Made by a program: the position numbers and the translations under genes | Notes under the pieces: model-generated | The model's input: only the letters and a program-made list of their open reading frames with translations | Told to the model about the DNA's origin: nothing | Database searches by the model: none | In this document: piece by piece, positions 29,922-44,404 of the stretch | How positions within the stretch are numbered: the first letter of the stretch is position 1 | Layout: the number at the start of each line of letters is the position of its first letter | Source of the DNA: Octopus vulgaris | Taxonomy: Eukaryota | NCBI GenBank assembly: GCA_951406725.2 | Contig: OX597817.1 | Location: 114,452,001 to 114,516,000 of the forward strand | DNA length: 64,000 nt | Reading direction: 5' to 3'

Positions 29922-29927
29922 TATATA

Positions 29928-29999
<72 letters not shown>

Positions 30000-30268
30000 T
30001 ACATTTGTTATTTGTGTGTGCATGTGTGTATAATATATACATGCATTGTTATACTTGCTACAAACGTATACATACATTGTCATTCTGACATCTGCTTCTC
30101 CATGTAAAGACATGTTGTGTGCACGTGTATCTGCAACTGTACACACACACACGCATGTATACTTATCAGTATATATGTGTATGTATACTTATATATATAT
30201 ATATATATATGTACGTATACACACACACACACACACGCATGTATACTTATCAGTATATATGTGTATGT

Positions 30269-30326
<58 letters not shown>

Positions 30327-30370
30327 ACACATACACACACAGACATGCACACACACACACACATATATGT
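28130..30370. repeat. Low-complexity (TA)/(TG)/(TATG)/(CATA) microsatellite field
   Basis: Directly visible; source of many spurious ORFs. Similar fields at 34240-34930 and 60520-60945. Confidence 0.9.
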
Positions 30371-31552
30371 TTCTGTTATTGTTCTCCTACGTACAGTTTT
30401 CAGTAGCCAATAAGCCATTTTCACTGTTCATGTTTATTTCCCTGCAGGTCCATCTTGTAGATTATTCTGAGATTTATTTTTAGCCACTTCTGCTCCCCCA
30501 ACAGAGGAAGACTGTTGATAAAAACTGCAGAACCAGATAACAACGGCAACAACAGCTTCACTCTCATTATCATTATTGTTTGTTCCCTGCTCCAGCAACC
30601 CTCACTTATAATGATGCCATGTTATTTTCATGGAAAATGAAGAAAATATAACCAAAAAAAAAAAACCAACAAAAAACCCCCCTAAATAAATGTATAAGTA
30701 AATTGCTGTTGCATCAATGATGATGGTGATGGCCCTGCTTTTGCGGTTGGATGCTGTTGCCACTGTTGATAATGATAATGATGATGATTTCAATGTTTTG
30801 GGGTTTTGGCTGAAATTGCACAGTGCATGAGGCAATATTTTGATTGTTATATGGCATTATTTAGTTTAGTGGGGCTTTTTGTTTTGTATATTTTGCATTC
30901 CAATTCTATCTGGCTGACTTTTTTTCCTTCACATTCTCTGAGAGTCCCCTTCCTCGCTCTCTTCCACCACTACCACTATGACCACGATGGTAATGATGAC
31001 CACTGATACCATCACCATCTCATCTTTTTTCTATCCCTTCTTCTCTTCCTGTCTCCTCTTCATCCTCCAATCTCCTCCCTGTCTTCTTCCACCTGCCCTT
31101 CATAATCATCATCATTGTCATTGTCTTTATGCCTGCTTTCCCATGTTGGCATCAGATTGGATGTTTGGATGGATTTTCTCTGGCAGTAATTTACAGCTGG
31201 ATATGTGTGTATATGTGTGTATTACAGCCATTTTTCCATGTTGGTATAGGTTACATGAAGCAAAATTTTCTTCTCTTGATGCTCCTCCTCTCACCGATCC
31301 CCACCTGTGTTTTCATCTTTATCTTTTACCATTTATTTGCTTCAGTCATTAACCTGTGGCCATGCTGGGGTACCAAGAATTTTTAGTCAAATACATCAAC
31401 CCCAGTACTCATTTGCTTTTAACACCTGGTACTTATTCTGTCAGTCTCTTTTGCTGAACGGGTAGTTTATGGGGACATAAACATACCAACACTGGTTGTC
31501 AGGCAGTGCTGGGGTAGCAAACATGCACACATACTCACACACACACACACAT

Positions 31553-31600
<48 letters not shown>

Positions 31601-32571
31601 TGCTTTTTTCAGTTTCTGTTATCAAATCCACTCACAAGGCTTTGGTCAGCCTGAGGCTATAGAAGACACCTGCGCAAATTGTCATGCAGTGGGACTTAAT
31701 CCTGAACCATGTGCTTGGGAAGCAAGCTTCTTACCACACAGCCATGCTTAGTATCCATATGTTGAAATTGACACTATGGAACTCTTTTGTTTAGCTTCTC
31801 TTGTTCAATGGTTCTAATGAGGACTTAAAGAGCAAACACTCACACACACATATATGTGCATGTACACATATGTGCATGTACACATATATGTGCATGTACA
31901 CATGCACATATAATGCATACACACACATACACACCTTAATATACTTGCACATCTGAAGTTAAAACACTTGCTCACCCAATTCTATATAGTTACATGTAAG
32001 CACACAAAGACAAAGACTAGCACACAAACTGTAATATGCATGAATACGTTAAAGCATAGCTTTTTCTGTCTCACTTGCATGCCCTTACAACATCTGCAGA
32101 ACCAGGCATACACACTCACATATGTATATGTAACGTACTGATCAAGTCTTTTACTCTACAAATTATAGAATCGATTAGAAAATTTTGAAAAAGAAAATAG
32201 GTAAAGAAAATAATGCATTAATGCCAGTGTCTCACTAAACTGAGTTGTATAGAAATAAGAATTTAGTCGCTTTCTCCATAAACAGCCACTTCACCATGCC
32301 ACCATCAAAAACAACAACAACAACAAAGCTACAATAACAAACTATAATATACAATCTCAGCCAGGAGTAACAAATTTACTTTTAGAAATTTTCTAGGCTG
32401 TATAATAGTTGCCAATCTTTTAATATATCCCTCCTGCATTGGTGTAACTTAGACAAGTGTAAGTAGATGTCATACTGTGCAAAGCAATATCAAATAGAAT
32501 GGCTGTGAAGGTATAGGTAGATACCACATTGAAATAGGTATAGAGAAAGAATTTTCAATAACCATTTCTCA

Positions 32572-32602
<31 letters not shown>

Positions 32603-33260
32603 CTTTTTACCTGTATTTGATAAGATAAACACACATATACACACTTGCCCATACCCCCAACACACACACACATATTTATTGATATATAAAATACATATGA
32701 ACACATATGTGTGTGTGTATGTGCTCATATATGTGCACTCACACACACACACATACAGGTGCAGGCATGGCTGTGTGGTATGAAGTTTGCTTTCCACCCA
32801 CAAGGTTCTGGGTTCAGTCCCAGTGCATGGCCCCTTGGGCAAGTGCAAGTACTATTGCCTCAGGACATCCAAAGACTTGTGAGTGAATTTGGGAAATGGA
32901 ACTGAAAGAAGCCTGTCATATATATGTATGTATGTATGCATGTATATATAATAGTGTATGAAACATACATGAAGAGAAAACCACCATGTTGATTTCTTAC
33001 ATGCTAAAAATAACAGTAGAAACCTAAAACCACAAAAAAATATTCGTAGGAGTGGTTGTGTGGTAAGTAGCTTGCTTACGAGCTACATGGTTCCGGGTTC
33101 AGTCCGACTGCATGGCACCTTGGGCAAGTGTCTTCTACTATAGCCTCGGGCCAACCAAAGCCTTATGAGTGGATTTGGTAGACAGAAACTGAAAGAATCC
33201 CGTCGTATATATATATATATATGTATATAGAGATATGTATGTGTGCATATATGTTTGTGT

Positions 33261-33810
33261 TTGGCATTATGCTCTGAGGAGTCACTCTCGATAATGCTGA
33301 CAAAGGAGTGCATTATAAATAAGTTCATTGAACAATTACCCAGATGCCTAAACACAGCTGAACACACATTTACACACTACAGTCCAGACCATACATAACT
33401 TGATATATACATGGTGCCCACAACTTTCAATACACATGAACTTCAGGAACCATATTTGAATACCCAATATTTGACATATGATCTTGCCATCTAGATCCAT
33501 ATACATGTATATATACTTGCATGTCTAAGTGTGGATCATGTAAGGTCATATTTTGTCTTTGCTTCCCTAAGTCACCAGATGAATTTGGTTAGTGATGTTA
33601 CATGTTGTTTGAGGATATTTCGAAAGTTCGTAGTGTGATTGCTTTATTGAGTTTTGAAAAAATCAGCTGATGCCCCAATATATACGTAGGGGCCTCCTCA
33701 AGTGTTTATAGTGAACTTGTATATGACATTCTCAGTCACACATTGGTTATCCAGAGGGCAAGTGGATCTATCTCTGCATGAGCATAATGGTTTGATTTTG
33801 GTGGTTTGTG
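33261..33810. pseudogene. Penelope-like element GIY-YIG endonuclease remnant, in two oppositely oriented pieces
   Basis: Minus strand 33810-33520: CSCRDRSTCPLDNQCVTENVIYKFTINT*GGPYVYIGASADFFKTQ*SNH...TSLTKFIW*L. Plus strand 33261-33370: LALCSEESLSI...INKFIEQLPRCL (C-terminal motif). Confidence 0.8.
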
Positions 33811-34049
33811 TACATTGAGCGCTTATGAGAAAGGTAAAAGATATATCTATGTATATACATATACTATACAGTAATCGCTCACCTATTGTGGGTGTTGCAT
33901 TCCAAAAGACCTTGCAATAGGTGAAAATCTGCAAAGTAGAAAGACTACTGTACTGTATAATGTTTTTTATTATTTTTCTAATTTGTATATATTTTATCCC
34001 ATTATAAATGCAAAACAACACCACATACTCACCTGCTGAGTTGTGTTTT

Positions 34050-34090
<41 letters not shown>

Positions 34091-34243
34091 ACAGGCTTCT
34101 TTCAGTTTCTGTCTACCACTCACAAGGCTTTGGTCAGCCTAAGGCTATAGTAGAAGACACTTACAAGGGTGCCACTGAGTGGGACTGAACCTGCAACCAT
34201 GTGGTTTGGAAGCAAGCTTTTTACCACACACACACTCCTGTGC

Positions 34244-34293
<50 letters not shown>

Positions 34294-34305
34294 TTATGTA
34301 TACAT

Positions 34306-34342
<37 letters not shown>

Positions 34343-34408
34343 ATGCATGTATATGTACATATGTATACATGTATATATATATATATACACACACACACAT
34401 ATGTGTAT

Positions 34409-34442
<34 letters not shown>

Positions 34443-34712
34443 ATATGTATGTATATATGCATATTTATATGTATATATGTATGTATATATACATATGTAT
34501 ATATGCATATTTATATGTATATATGTATGCATGTATATATATATGTGTGTATATATGTATGTTTATATATACAGTTGGAATTTACAAAAAAAAACAGATG
34601 ATGAAGACCGGTATATAAACAACAAACAGGTGTATTAGTTTCACATACATACATATATACATGTGTATGTATGTATGTATGTATATATGTACATATATAT
34701 GTGTATATACTG

Positions 34713-34750
<38 letters not shown>

Positions 34751-34895
34751 TATATATATGTGTGAATATATATATGTATATATCTATGTATATGTTTATG
34801 TGTATATATATATGTATATATATATTTATGTATGTATGTGTGTGTGTATATATATATATGTAATCAAAATAAGCACAACTGAATCTCTTGTGTGT

Positions 34896-34926
<31 letters not shown>

Positions 34927-35723
34927 AGTTGGAGTGATACCATGTAGGGAGTGAGGCAGTGATTCCTCAGCCAGTCTGAGAATCTGGAAAACACACTAAC
35001 TGTCTTTGTTATACAATAACAGAGAATGACAAGTGTCATGCTCTCTTTCATATTTTTGAAATCTTTATTGCAAGGTCACATCTCAAAGTGAATGAAACAC
35101 AACCATAGCAATTACCTTGTCTAATTTGATGACAAGTGCCTGTCAGTGACATCTTCGACCATCCAACAACACTTTTTACTCTCAACCATTTTTTTTCCCT
35201 ACGCTGTGCATCTGAAAATAGACTTCATTTCTTTTTCTTTTGGCATTGCACAGAATTTGTTTCACCTTCTCGTTGCTTACTTTAGTAGAAGTAGTAGTAG
35301 TAGTTGTAGAAGTGATGATGGTGGTGGTAGTAGTGATGGTGGTGGTAGTTGTGGTGATGGTGGTAGTAATTGTAGTGATGGTGGTGGTGGTGGTGGTACT
35401 AGTGGTAGTGTTAGTGTAGGATGTAACTATTGTTGTTGCTGTTGCTACTCTGGTTGTTGATGTTGTTACTGTGGTTATTGTTCAGCCCCAACAGATTTCA
35501 CTCATGTTAAACATGTTAATCCATCTTTATTCAGACAAAACATATCTAGAACTACATTATCCAATGTGTTCGTTTTTTTCTGTTACCAAATTTATATTGA
35601 AATGCACCACCTTTTTTGTTTCAATTAAGTTTGAAATTAATGAAGAATTTGGTAAAATAAATTTGTGCAATGGAACACAAACTAACACAAAGTTTTGAGG
35701 GAAAGTTTGTATGAAAACATTAA

Positions 35724-35940
35724 CCCTTTCATTACTGTATTTATTCTGAGATGCTTTGTGTTTCTTTCAATTATTTTAAACATAACAAAGAATTTAGTAA
35801 AATAACTTAGTTATCATTTAGTGTTAGGAACATAAATTGTGACTAAGGTTTGGTGGAAGATTTTAATTCAGAACTTTTGAAAACAAGACGTTTGTATTAC
35901 AGGGCCAGAGCAGGTTTCAGCCGGGCTGGTAACAAAAGGG
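35724..35940. mobile_element. TTAA-flanked piggyBac-like MITE nested in a related MITE
   Basis: TTAA-ccctttcattac...gtaacaaaaggg-TTAA. Confidence 0.75.
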
Positions 35941-36839
35941 TTAAAGGCAGTCTCAGGCAGGTTTGGTACCAAAAGGGTTAACCCATTAACATTTAAACCA
36001 GCCATATCTGGCTATAATGTTCTACTTGTTTTATGTTCAAACTGGCCAAATACAATCTCTCACACTTACCCTACAATGTCATACTAAAAGTAAACAATCC
36101 ATTAATCAAAATCTCAAAGCTACAAGATAATGCATGATTAAATCTAAACAATGTGAACACTAGTGTAGCTAGGGTGTGTGCTGTCCAGCTTGGCTCTTCA
36201 GTTTGCTGTCCCTGGGCCCCCACAAAAAGTACATATTGCTGACAGCAGACCCAAAAGTGGTGCTGTCTAGGGTGGACTCCCCACTCTAGCTATGCTAGTG
36301 AATGTAAGTAAATAAGTATTACATTTGACAAACTAATCTGAGTGCTAAAGGGTTAAAAATGCTATCGTCTGATAGGAGGGAAATTTGGCTGTCATTGTTA
36401 GCCAATCAAGTGACCGCATGAAGACTCCTCATTTGCCTTGTTTGCATATGAGCATTGTTGTTAGTGTTTCGTCAGCCTGTTTTTCAAGCATAATGTGTCT
36501 AGGACTACATTATCTAATGTGTTCTCATTTTTATAGCTGGTGATGTCAAAGATATAGTCTCAATTTAACTATTACTTCTAGTAGGCTTAGATTTTCAGTA
36601 TAATGCTTACTCCCCTACAATTACATGACCCAGTTTAGAAGTCTATACATGTGCACTTTCCTTGTTAGAAATAACAGACAAATTTCTTGAATCAGATCCT
36701 ACTGACATTAGAAAAAAAAAGTGCCGAGCTGGCAGAAACATTAGCATACCGGGCGAAATGCTTAGTGGTATTTCATTTGTCTTTACGTTCTGAGTTCAAA
36801 TTCTGCCGAGGTTGGCTTTGCCTTTCATCCTTTTATAAG

Positions 36840-37243
36840 CGTAGGAATGGCTGTGTGGTAAGTAGCTTGCTTACGAACCACATGGTTCCGGGTTTAGTCC
36901 CACTGCATGGCACCTTGGGCAAGTGTCTTCTACTAGACCATTGGGCCAACCAAAGCCTTGTGAGTGGATTTGGTAGACAGAAACTGAAAGAAGCCTGTCG
37001 TATATATGTATATACGTATGTGTGTGTATATGTTTGTGTGTCTGTGTTTGTCCCCTCAACATCGCTTGACAACTGATGCTGGTGTGTTTACGTCCCCATA
37101 ATGTAGCAGTTCAGCAAAAGAGACTGATAGAATAAGTACTAGTCTTACAAAGAATAAATCCTGGAGTTGATGTGCTTGACTAAAGGTGGTGCTCTAGCAT
37201 GGCGACAGTCACATGACTGAAACAAGTAAAAGAGTAAAAGAGT
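36840..37243 (+). mobile_element. SINE family A copy, inserted after a truncated family B copy (36720-36835)
   Basis: Full length. Confidence 0.85.
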
Positions 37244-38364
37244 ATTGTATAATGTAATCCAACATAGACTATATCTAAAAAGACAGTTAGACTGTTTTAT
37301 TCAATCATGGGTCTGCATAAACACAGCTGACCTGGGGCTAAACACCAGCACCAACAACAACAATAACCTTGGTACATTTTTCAAGGTGAAGCATGGTCAA
37401 TTTTATCAACTGCTATAACTGACTAGTACTTGTTTTATTAAATTTGAAAAGATAAAAGGAAAAGTTGTTCCTGGCTGCATTTGAACTCAGAATGTAAAGA
37501 GATGTAACTAAATACTGCAAACTGTATTGCTTCTCCTTGTGCCATCAGGTCAATGAGTGACTCCACCAGCAGCAGCAGCAGCGTTTAGCATCTGCTTTCC
37601 ATGCTGGCATGGCTTAGATGGTTAACTGAAATTGATAAAGCTGGAGGGCTACACCAGATTCCAATCTGATTTGGCATGGTTTCTATGGTTGAATGTCCTT
37701 CCTAATGCTAACCACTCCAAGACTGTAGTGTGTGCTTTCTATGTGTCACTGGCATGGATGCCAGTTACATGACACCAGCATCAACTATGACTACAATTTC
37801 ACTTGGCTTGATGGGTCTTCTCAAGCATGCCATATTGCCAAAGGTCTCGGTCACATTCTATTGCCCCCATGAGGCCCAACATTCAAAGATCATGCTTCAC
37901 TACCTCATTCCATGTCTTCCTGAGTTTACCCCCTTCCACAGGTTCTCTCCATAGTTAGAGATCAGCATAACACAGCTGTCTTTGTCCATACACATCACAT
38001 GACTATACCACCATTATTTTTGTTCATATTAATATGATAATTGTTTTGTCACCATTAGCAGCAACTACCTTTCTCCCATTGTCAGCTCTTTTGGGAGTCC
38101 AGACCTTCTGCATCCCATTATTATATTATCCATACCCAGCTATGGTCAAAAACATACTGTTTCATTACAATGATGTGCAGAAGGTCTCTACCTGAAGATG
38201 TCTTGTTATGTATGTGCAATTCTTTTAAATGCATGTTGTATTTTTAAATTTTGTTCAAAATGATATCTAAGTCTGTGGTTTCATCCACGAGATTTATGCT
38301 ATAAACAATGATTTGAAGCATATTGTAAAGGAGAAGTTAGGAGCCCTTTGTCTCTGAGTAGTTA

Positions 38365-38760
38365 TTCTTTTTTTTATTTATTTGTTTCAGTCATTTGACT
38401 GTGGCCATGCTGGAGCACTGCCTTTAATTGAGCAAATCGACTCAGGACTTATTCTTTGTAAGCCTAGTACTTCTTCTATCAGTCTCTTTTGCTGAACCGC
38501 TAAGTTATGGGGATGTAAACACACCAGCATCAGTTGTCAGGCGATGTTGGCAGGGGACAAACACAGATACACAAACATATACACATGCATACACACACAC
38601 ATATGTACGGGCTTCTTTCAGTTTCTGTGTACCAAATCCACCCACAAGGCTTTGATCAGCCTGAGGTTATAGTAGAAGACACTGGCCCAAGGTAGCCCAA
38701 GTAGGACTGAACTCAGAACCATGTGATTGGTAAGCCAGCTACTAACCACACAACCACTCT
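38365..38760 (-). mobile_element. SINE family A copy
   Basis: Reverse complement of family A. Confidence 0.8.
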
Positions 38761-39043
38761 TGTCAGTTTAACTTTGGTATTTTGCCTGAACCATTAACAC
38801 CCCAACTCATTCATCATCAGTATTTTTACCATTCTGTACAAGGTCACATACTTCTGGAGAGAGTATTGTTGATAAGGTTTATCATGATATTTGACTGGTA
38901 CTTTATTTTATCAATTCAGAATGGATGAAAGGCCAAGTTGGCCTTAGAAGAATTTGAACTTAGAATTTAAAGAGATATAACTAAATATTGCAAGACACTC
39001 TGTGGATTTTACCAATCCATTATCCATTGCAATTATTATGTCA

Positions 39044-42000
39044 TTGATCCTAAAAGATGTCATTTGAACTCTGCTGTTGGTCATTACCTTAACCAACCTA
39101 GGTTTCATGAGCACTTCATGTCTGAATGGTTAGTATTATGAAGAACAATAATTATGCAAATGTCTAAATTTGCAATTCCATCTAACATCGATAAAAAGAA
39201 TCTTGAAAAATAAAAACAAAGAAGTAGAATTACAAAATGAAATGAGATGTTTAAGGAAAGAAAAACCGAAGGGAAAAATATAGCAACGCCAAAGCTATTA
39301 AAAAATTTCCTTATAGAAATAAAAAAAAGAGATAGCTGGAAAATTCTGTTTCTGAAAGGAAATTCTTAATCAAAGTTCCTTCAGTCACATTGAAAATTTC
39401 ATGATTTGCAACTTATAATGATAAAATGTTCATATTTTTATTCAAATTGACAATGGATCTGTGTTAGAGGATATCGTTCATAGAACATTACTTTGGGGAT
39501 TGGCATGTGTGCTCAATACTAAATGTAAAGTTGTAAAAACTGAAAGCTTGTACTAATCGTTATATGATTGCCAAAAATTCTATCAATAAACCAACATAAT
39601 GACTGCCACTCCAGTGACAGTGAACAGGAAACACAACCCATCAAATCACTTGCTAAATTGGATCATGAAAGGTGGAGAAAAAGGAAAGAAAACCAGGTAA
39701 TGGCGATGGGATTTCGAGTATCGGAACTCGACAACAAGTATGTTCAGCTGAGGATGACTAGTTTAATATGGTCATTGAATATTCAGTCATAGTTGGGAAG
39801 GTGCAGCTCTCCAGCTTGCCAGCTCCTGTCAAACTGTCCAACCCATGCCAGCATGGAAGAGAGGGGTTAAGTAATAATGATGACAATGACAATGTTGATG
39901 ACAGTGCATGGCTTATGGGTACAAATATGGCTGAGTGGTTAAAATGTTTAGTTTGTAAGTACTTATTTATGGTGAAGGCGCATGGCTCAGTGGTTAGAGC
40001 ATTGAGCTTACGATCATGAGGTTGTGAGCTCGAATCCCGGACTGGACTGTGTGTTGTGCTCTTGAGCAAGGCACTTTATTTCACGTTGCTCCAGTCCACT
40101 CAGCTGTAGAAATGAGTTGTGACATCACAGGTGCCAAGCTGTATCGGCCCTTGCCTTTCCCTTGGATAACACTGGTGGCGTGGAGAGGGGAGGCCAGTAT
40201 GCATGGGCAACTGCTGGTCTTCCATAAATAACTTTGCCCGGACTTGCGCCTGGTGGGGGGTAACTTTCTTGGTGCAATCCTATGGTCTGTGTCATGACCG
40301 AAGGGGGTCTCAGAATTTATGGTATTTCTGGTGACAACCCAGTGGTGTGGCACCTTTTGCAAATGTCTTACCATTGCTTCAGTCTGAACAAAGTCTTTGA
40401 AGTGAAATTTGGTGCGTGGCAACTATGCGAGCCCATTGAAGGGACTGTCCCTGATGGTGGGTAATATACTTAATCTGTCATCCAGTTAAGTGAAGGCACA
40501 TGGCTTAGTGGTTAGGGTATTCATCTCATAATCAATAAGTTGTGAGTTCCATTCCTGGTGACATATTGTGTCCTTGAGCATGACATTTTATCTCACGTTG
40601 CTCCAGTCCACTCAGCTGGCAAAAATGAGTTGTACCTATAATTAAAAATGACCAGCCTTGTCACATTCTGTGTCATACTGAATCTCCCTGTTAAGGGTAC
40701 ATGTGTCTGTGGAGTGCTCAACCACTTGCATGTTAATTTCATGAGCAGGCTGTTCTGTTGATTGGATCAACTGAAACCTTTGTTGTTGTAACTGACGGAG
40801 CGCCATGCAGTTAAACACCCTGAACTAGTCTTTGCATGTGTTTAGTTGAGTCCATTTTGATGCAATCATTCAGAACTTGTCTTTGGGCCAAGGATACCTT
40901 CCTTCATTACTCCTGCTAGTCACAGAGGCCTTAAAAAAGAATCATTTCTGCAGCCCCTCTTCTCCTCTAATTAAAATTAAAATTTATCAAAAACATATCA
41001 TCGTATTTGCTTCTTGAAGCAGAACGTCAAAGGATGATGTATTTCATTGTAGTAAAGAGCTGGTGCACTATAGAATTGTCAAGCATTTCATTTCATTAGC
41101 TTGCTGTATTAGAATAAATTAGGTTGTAAATGAGGCTTGAAATCTTTTTGAAAGAGGGCTATTTTAAGCAGATACAATGAAAAATTTCACAGTAGTGAAT
41201 GAACAATGACAACAACAATAGCTGACAACAGTGATAATTTATGGTTGAATAGTTGATATTTGGAAAGTTATCAAGCCATTAATTTTCAGCTACATGAAAT
41301 GATGCAAATATCCAAATTTGCAAACCCATCCAATTTCTGTCAACGAGGAAACAAACAAAAATTGGTTTGAAAAAAAAAAAAAAAAAAAGAGAGAGAAAAG
41401 AAAAGAGGATACAAGAAGTCATAAAGTTTTAAAATGTAAATTTAGCAAGTGATTTGATGGGCTGTGTTTCCTGTTCACTGTCACTGAAGTGGCAGTCATT
41501 ATGCGGTTTATTGATGGAATTTTTGGCAATTTCAGAGCAATTACTGCAAGAGTTTGGAATTTTTACAACTTTGTATTGAGCACATAGGCCAATCCCAAAA
41601 GTAATGCCCTGTGAATGATATCCTATGACATTTCCAGCTTATTTAACACAAATCCATTGTCAGTTTGAATATAAATACAGACATTTTATGATTATAAGTT
41701 GCAAATCATAAAATTTCAACATGGCTGATGAAACTTTGATTATGAGTTCCCTTTTAGAAATAGAATTTTCTAGCTTCACCCTTTGTCTGTTAGGAAATTA
41801 TTTATAGCTTTAGGGTTACTGAATATTTTTCTCTTCTGTTCTTTTTCTCTTAAACATTTTATTTGATATTGTTTTCTTCTTTATTTAATTTTATTTTTTA
41901 TTTTCATGTTTCAACATTCCTTTTTCAGTGTAATCAACGGTTAGATAGAATTGCAAATTTAGACATTTGCATAATTATTGCCCTTCTTGATACTAACCAT

Positions 42001-42068
42001 TCAAACATGAAGTGCTCACGAAACCTTAGTTGGCTGCAATAACGAGCAATGGCATTCTTTAGAATCAA
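39044..42068. repeat. Long diverged inverted duplication; arms 39044-39659 and 41439-42068
   Basis: Arms align collinearly as reverse complements over about 620 bp; inner 64 bp differ at only 2 positions. Confidence 0.85.
39972..40310 (+). mobile_element. tRNA-derived SINE family C
   Basis: ggcgcatggctcagtggttagagc...tcgaatccc head, then cttgagcaaggcact and ccagtccactcagctg; related copy at 40490-40805 has a different tail. Confidence 0.75.
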
Positions 42069-44404
42069 AACCTTTAGAATCAATAAACTATCACATTTGA
42101 TATGATGACTGTGGTGGATAATGGATTAACCAAATCTGCTATGTGTCAAACAAAATATCTTGCAGTATTTTCTTATTTCTCTTTACATTCTCAGTTCAAA
42201 TCCTGCTGAGGTCAAATTTGCCTTCCATTTGGGATTGATAAAAAAACTACCATTCAATTTTTGTGGTTAATCTAAACAGCTATTAATCTCCTCCAGAATG
42301 CATGGCCTTAACTACCCCCATATTTTTAAGGGTGTGCCTGTGACTATATTATTTATTCAACATGTCGTATCTTTATTTCAGATATTGGGTTGTGATTTGA
42401 ATATTCAGCTGCTATTTTTAGTAAAGGCTAAGGAAAGGTTGTTGAACTAGAGATGTGTACTATTCCAGCCAAGACCATTTCAACTTTTTCCTATGTGACT
42501 GGAGTCCAGGATCACATTAGTTAACATGTCCTTTTACAAGATAGTTGCAAAGAGGTTTTGCCATTAATTATAGCTGGCTGAACGACCATGTAGAGACTCC
42601 CTCATTGGCTTTAATTGTACGAGTTGTTGCTAAAGGGGGTGGACAGTAGAATTGATAGCACACAGGACAAAATACCCTTGTGGGTATTTAGTTATAGCCT
42701 CTTTGTGTTCTGGGTGCAAATTCTGCCAAGATTAACTTTGCATTGCATCCTTCTAAGATTAATAAAATAAGTACTTTAATTGGCCGTAGTGGAGGGTGCC
42801 CCTCTAGTGGATTATATAACATTCAATTCCATGAATTTTGTTTTTTCATAATAAGTTCTGCATATCATTGATCATACATACTCAGTAAAGAATCATGAAT
42901 CTTGGAGTTGTAACTGAGAGTGATTCCAGTACTAAATTAAACAATACTCTGTACTTTGGTGTTGAGTACTTTTAACTTAAGTTTATAAATTCAGATGTAT
43001 GTATATGCAAGTGTATGTGTAAGTGTGTGTATGCATGTATGTATGTAAATACATACAAATGTATATGTGGCCCAAAAGGTTTTTATATCAAACAGCTGTC
43101 ATCTAGGATGGTTGTTCCTCTCTTGGATCCATGTTGGGAAGGCCTTCATTCTCCTATGTATCTTCTGCATTTAGTAATCTTTCATGATACAATTTCCATG
43201 CCTTTTTCTTTTCAGTATCACTAAGTGCAAGTGTGCCATTACCTGTCCATGCATACTACCATCCCCCATCATCCTCACCAACACTCAACATCCTGATTTT
43301 CTCTGATAGACTGTTTTGCAATTCAGGACACCTTATGTCTCTGGTCCACACACTACAGAACCTTGGCACACCTCTTATTTTATGTTTCTTCCCTTTCAAA
43401 ATAATCCTGTTGCTTAGCTAGGTGGTATAATTCTCTGCTACATTCATCTTCCCAACCCATCAAAACCTGTCCCTTTGTTTCCATGGCTCTGCCTACACCA
43501 TTTTTCCTCTGCCACATCACCCTTGGTCTAATTGGATTTTGGCGCCAGCCACAGATTTGGTCTGTAGCCCTCAATGGGTTGTTTGGTAGAGACTTCGAGT
43601 TGTCCTTCATATTATATGTCTCTATCTCTTTCTCCTCATCAAATGCTTCAACTTGTACCTTGAGTACTTTACTCTCCTCCCCTCTCTCTCTCTCTCTTTC
43701 TCAACTCTAAAACGTGAGGGCTAAGGGAAAATGAAAGTGTCACTCTCTAGTTTGCCAATGATCACCATGCTGTTAGGTAACTGATTAGAGTAAATTTGCA
43801 ATCTATGAATGACCAGTCACTTATCGGGAAAAGCCTTGAAATCAATGTTATCATCTGGAGACTATCTCTGACCCAGTGATAATAGAAAGACTCAAAAGAG
43901 GTTTGCAACCAAGTAACTTTACTCAAAATAACAATTTACAACTGAATCAGTGGAGGCAAAGATGCCTCTCATTTACTTGACAATTTATGCATCACTCTTA
44001 CGCTGTTGTACCATTGAATTGCAAATAATGCTCATCTTGTATCCTTGGGTAACTCTACAACTTCCTAGACTATAATTGTATTTATCTTGGCTTAGGAAAA
44101 ATGACTAAATTGTTGGGGTTAAGACCCCATTAAGCAGTCTTACTAACCTCCTAAGGAGTTGAAATTTTAGGAATATTACTTCATTTGTGTCTAATATCTA
44201 TGGTTAAAATTTCATCCACAGCAAAAATATATGAATTTTCATGAGGGTTATCACCTTATTTGGTATGTTACACATCCTCTTTTTCCAATTTTAAACTGAG
44301 CATCAACCTAATACATTCTCAGTGTATGTCCTATTGACTCTTGCTGCTTTGTTTTTATTTCTATCTTTTGATTTACCTATATGTATATATCTATATACAT
44401 ATAG

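Noticed and set aside
39972-40045. tRNA-like sequences (also the heads of family A and B repeats)
   Set aside because: No complete cloverleaf or acceptor stem; they continue into SINE bodies
43080-43710. Possible coding relic, similar in part to 57050-57430
   Set aside because: Two related decayed repeats, but no motif clear enough to classify
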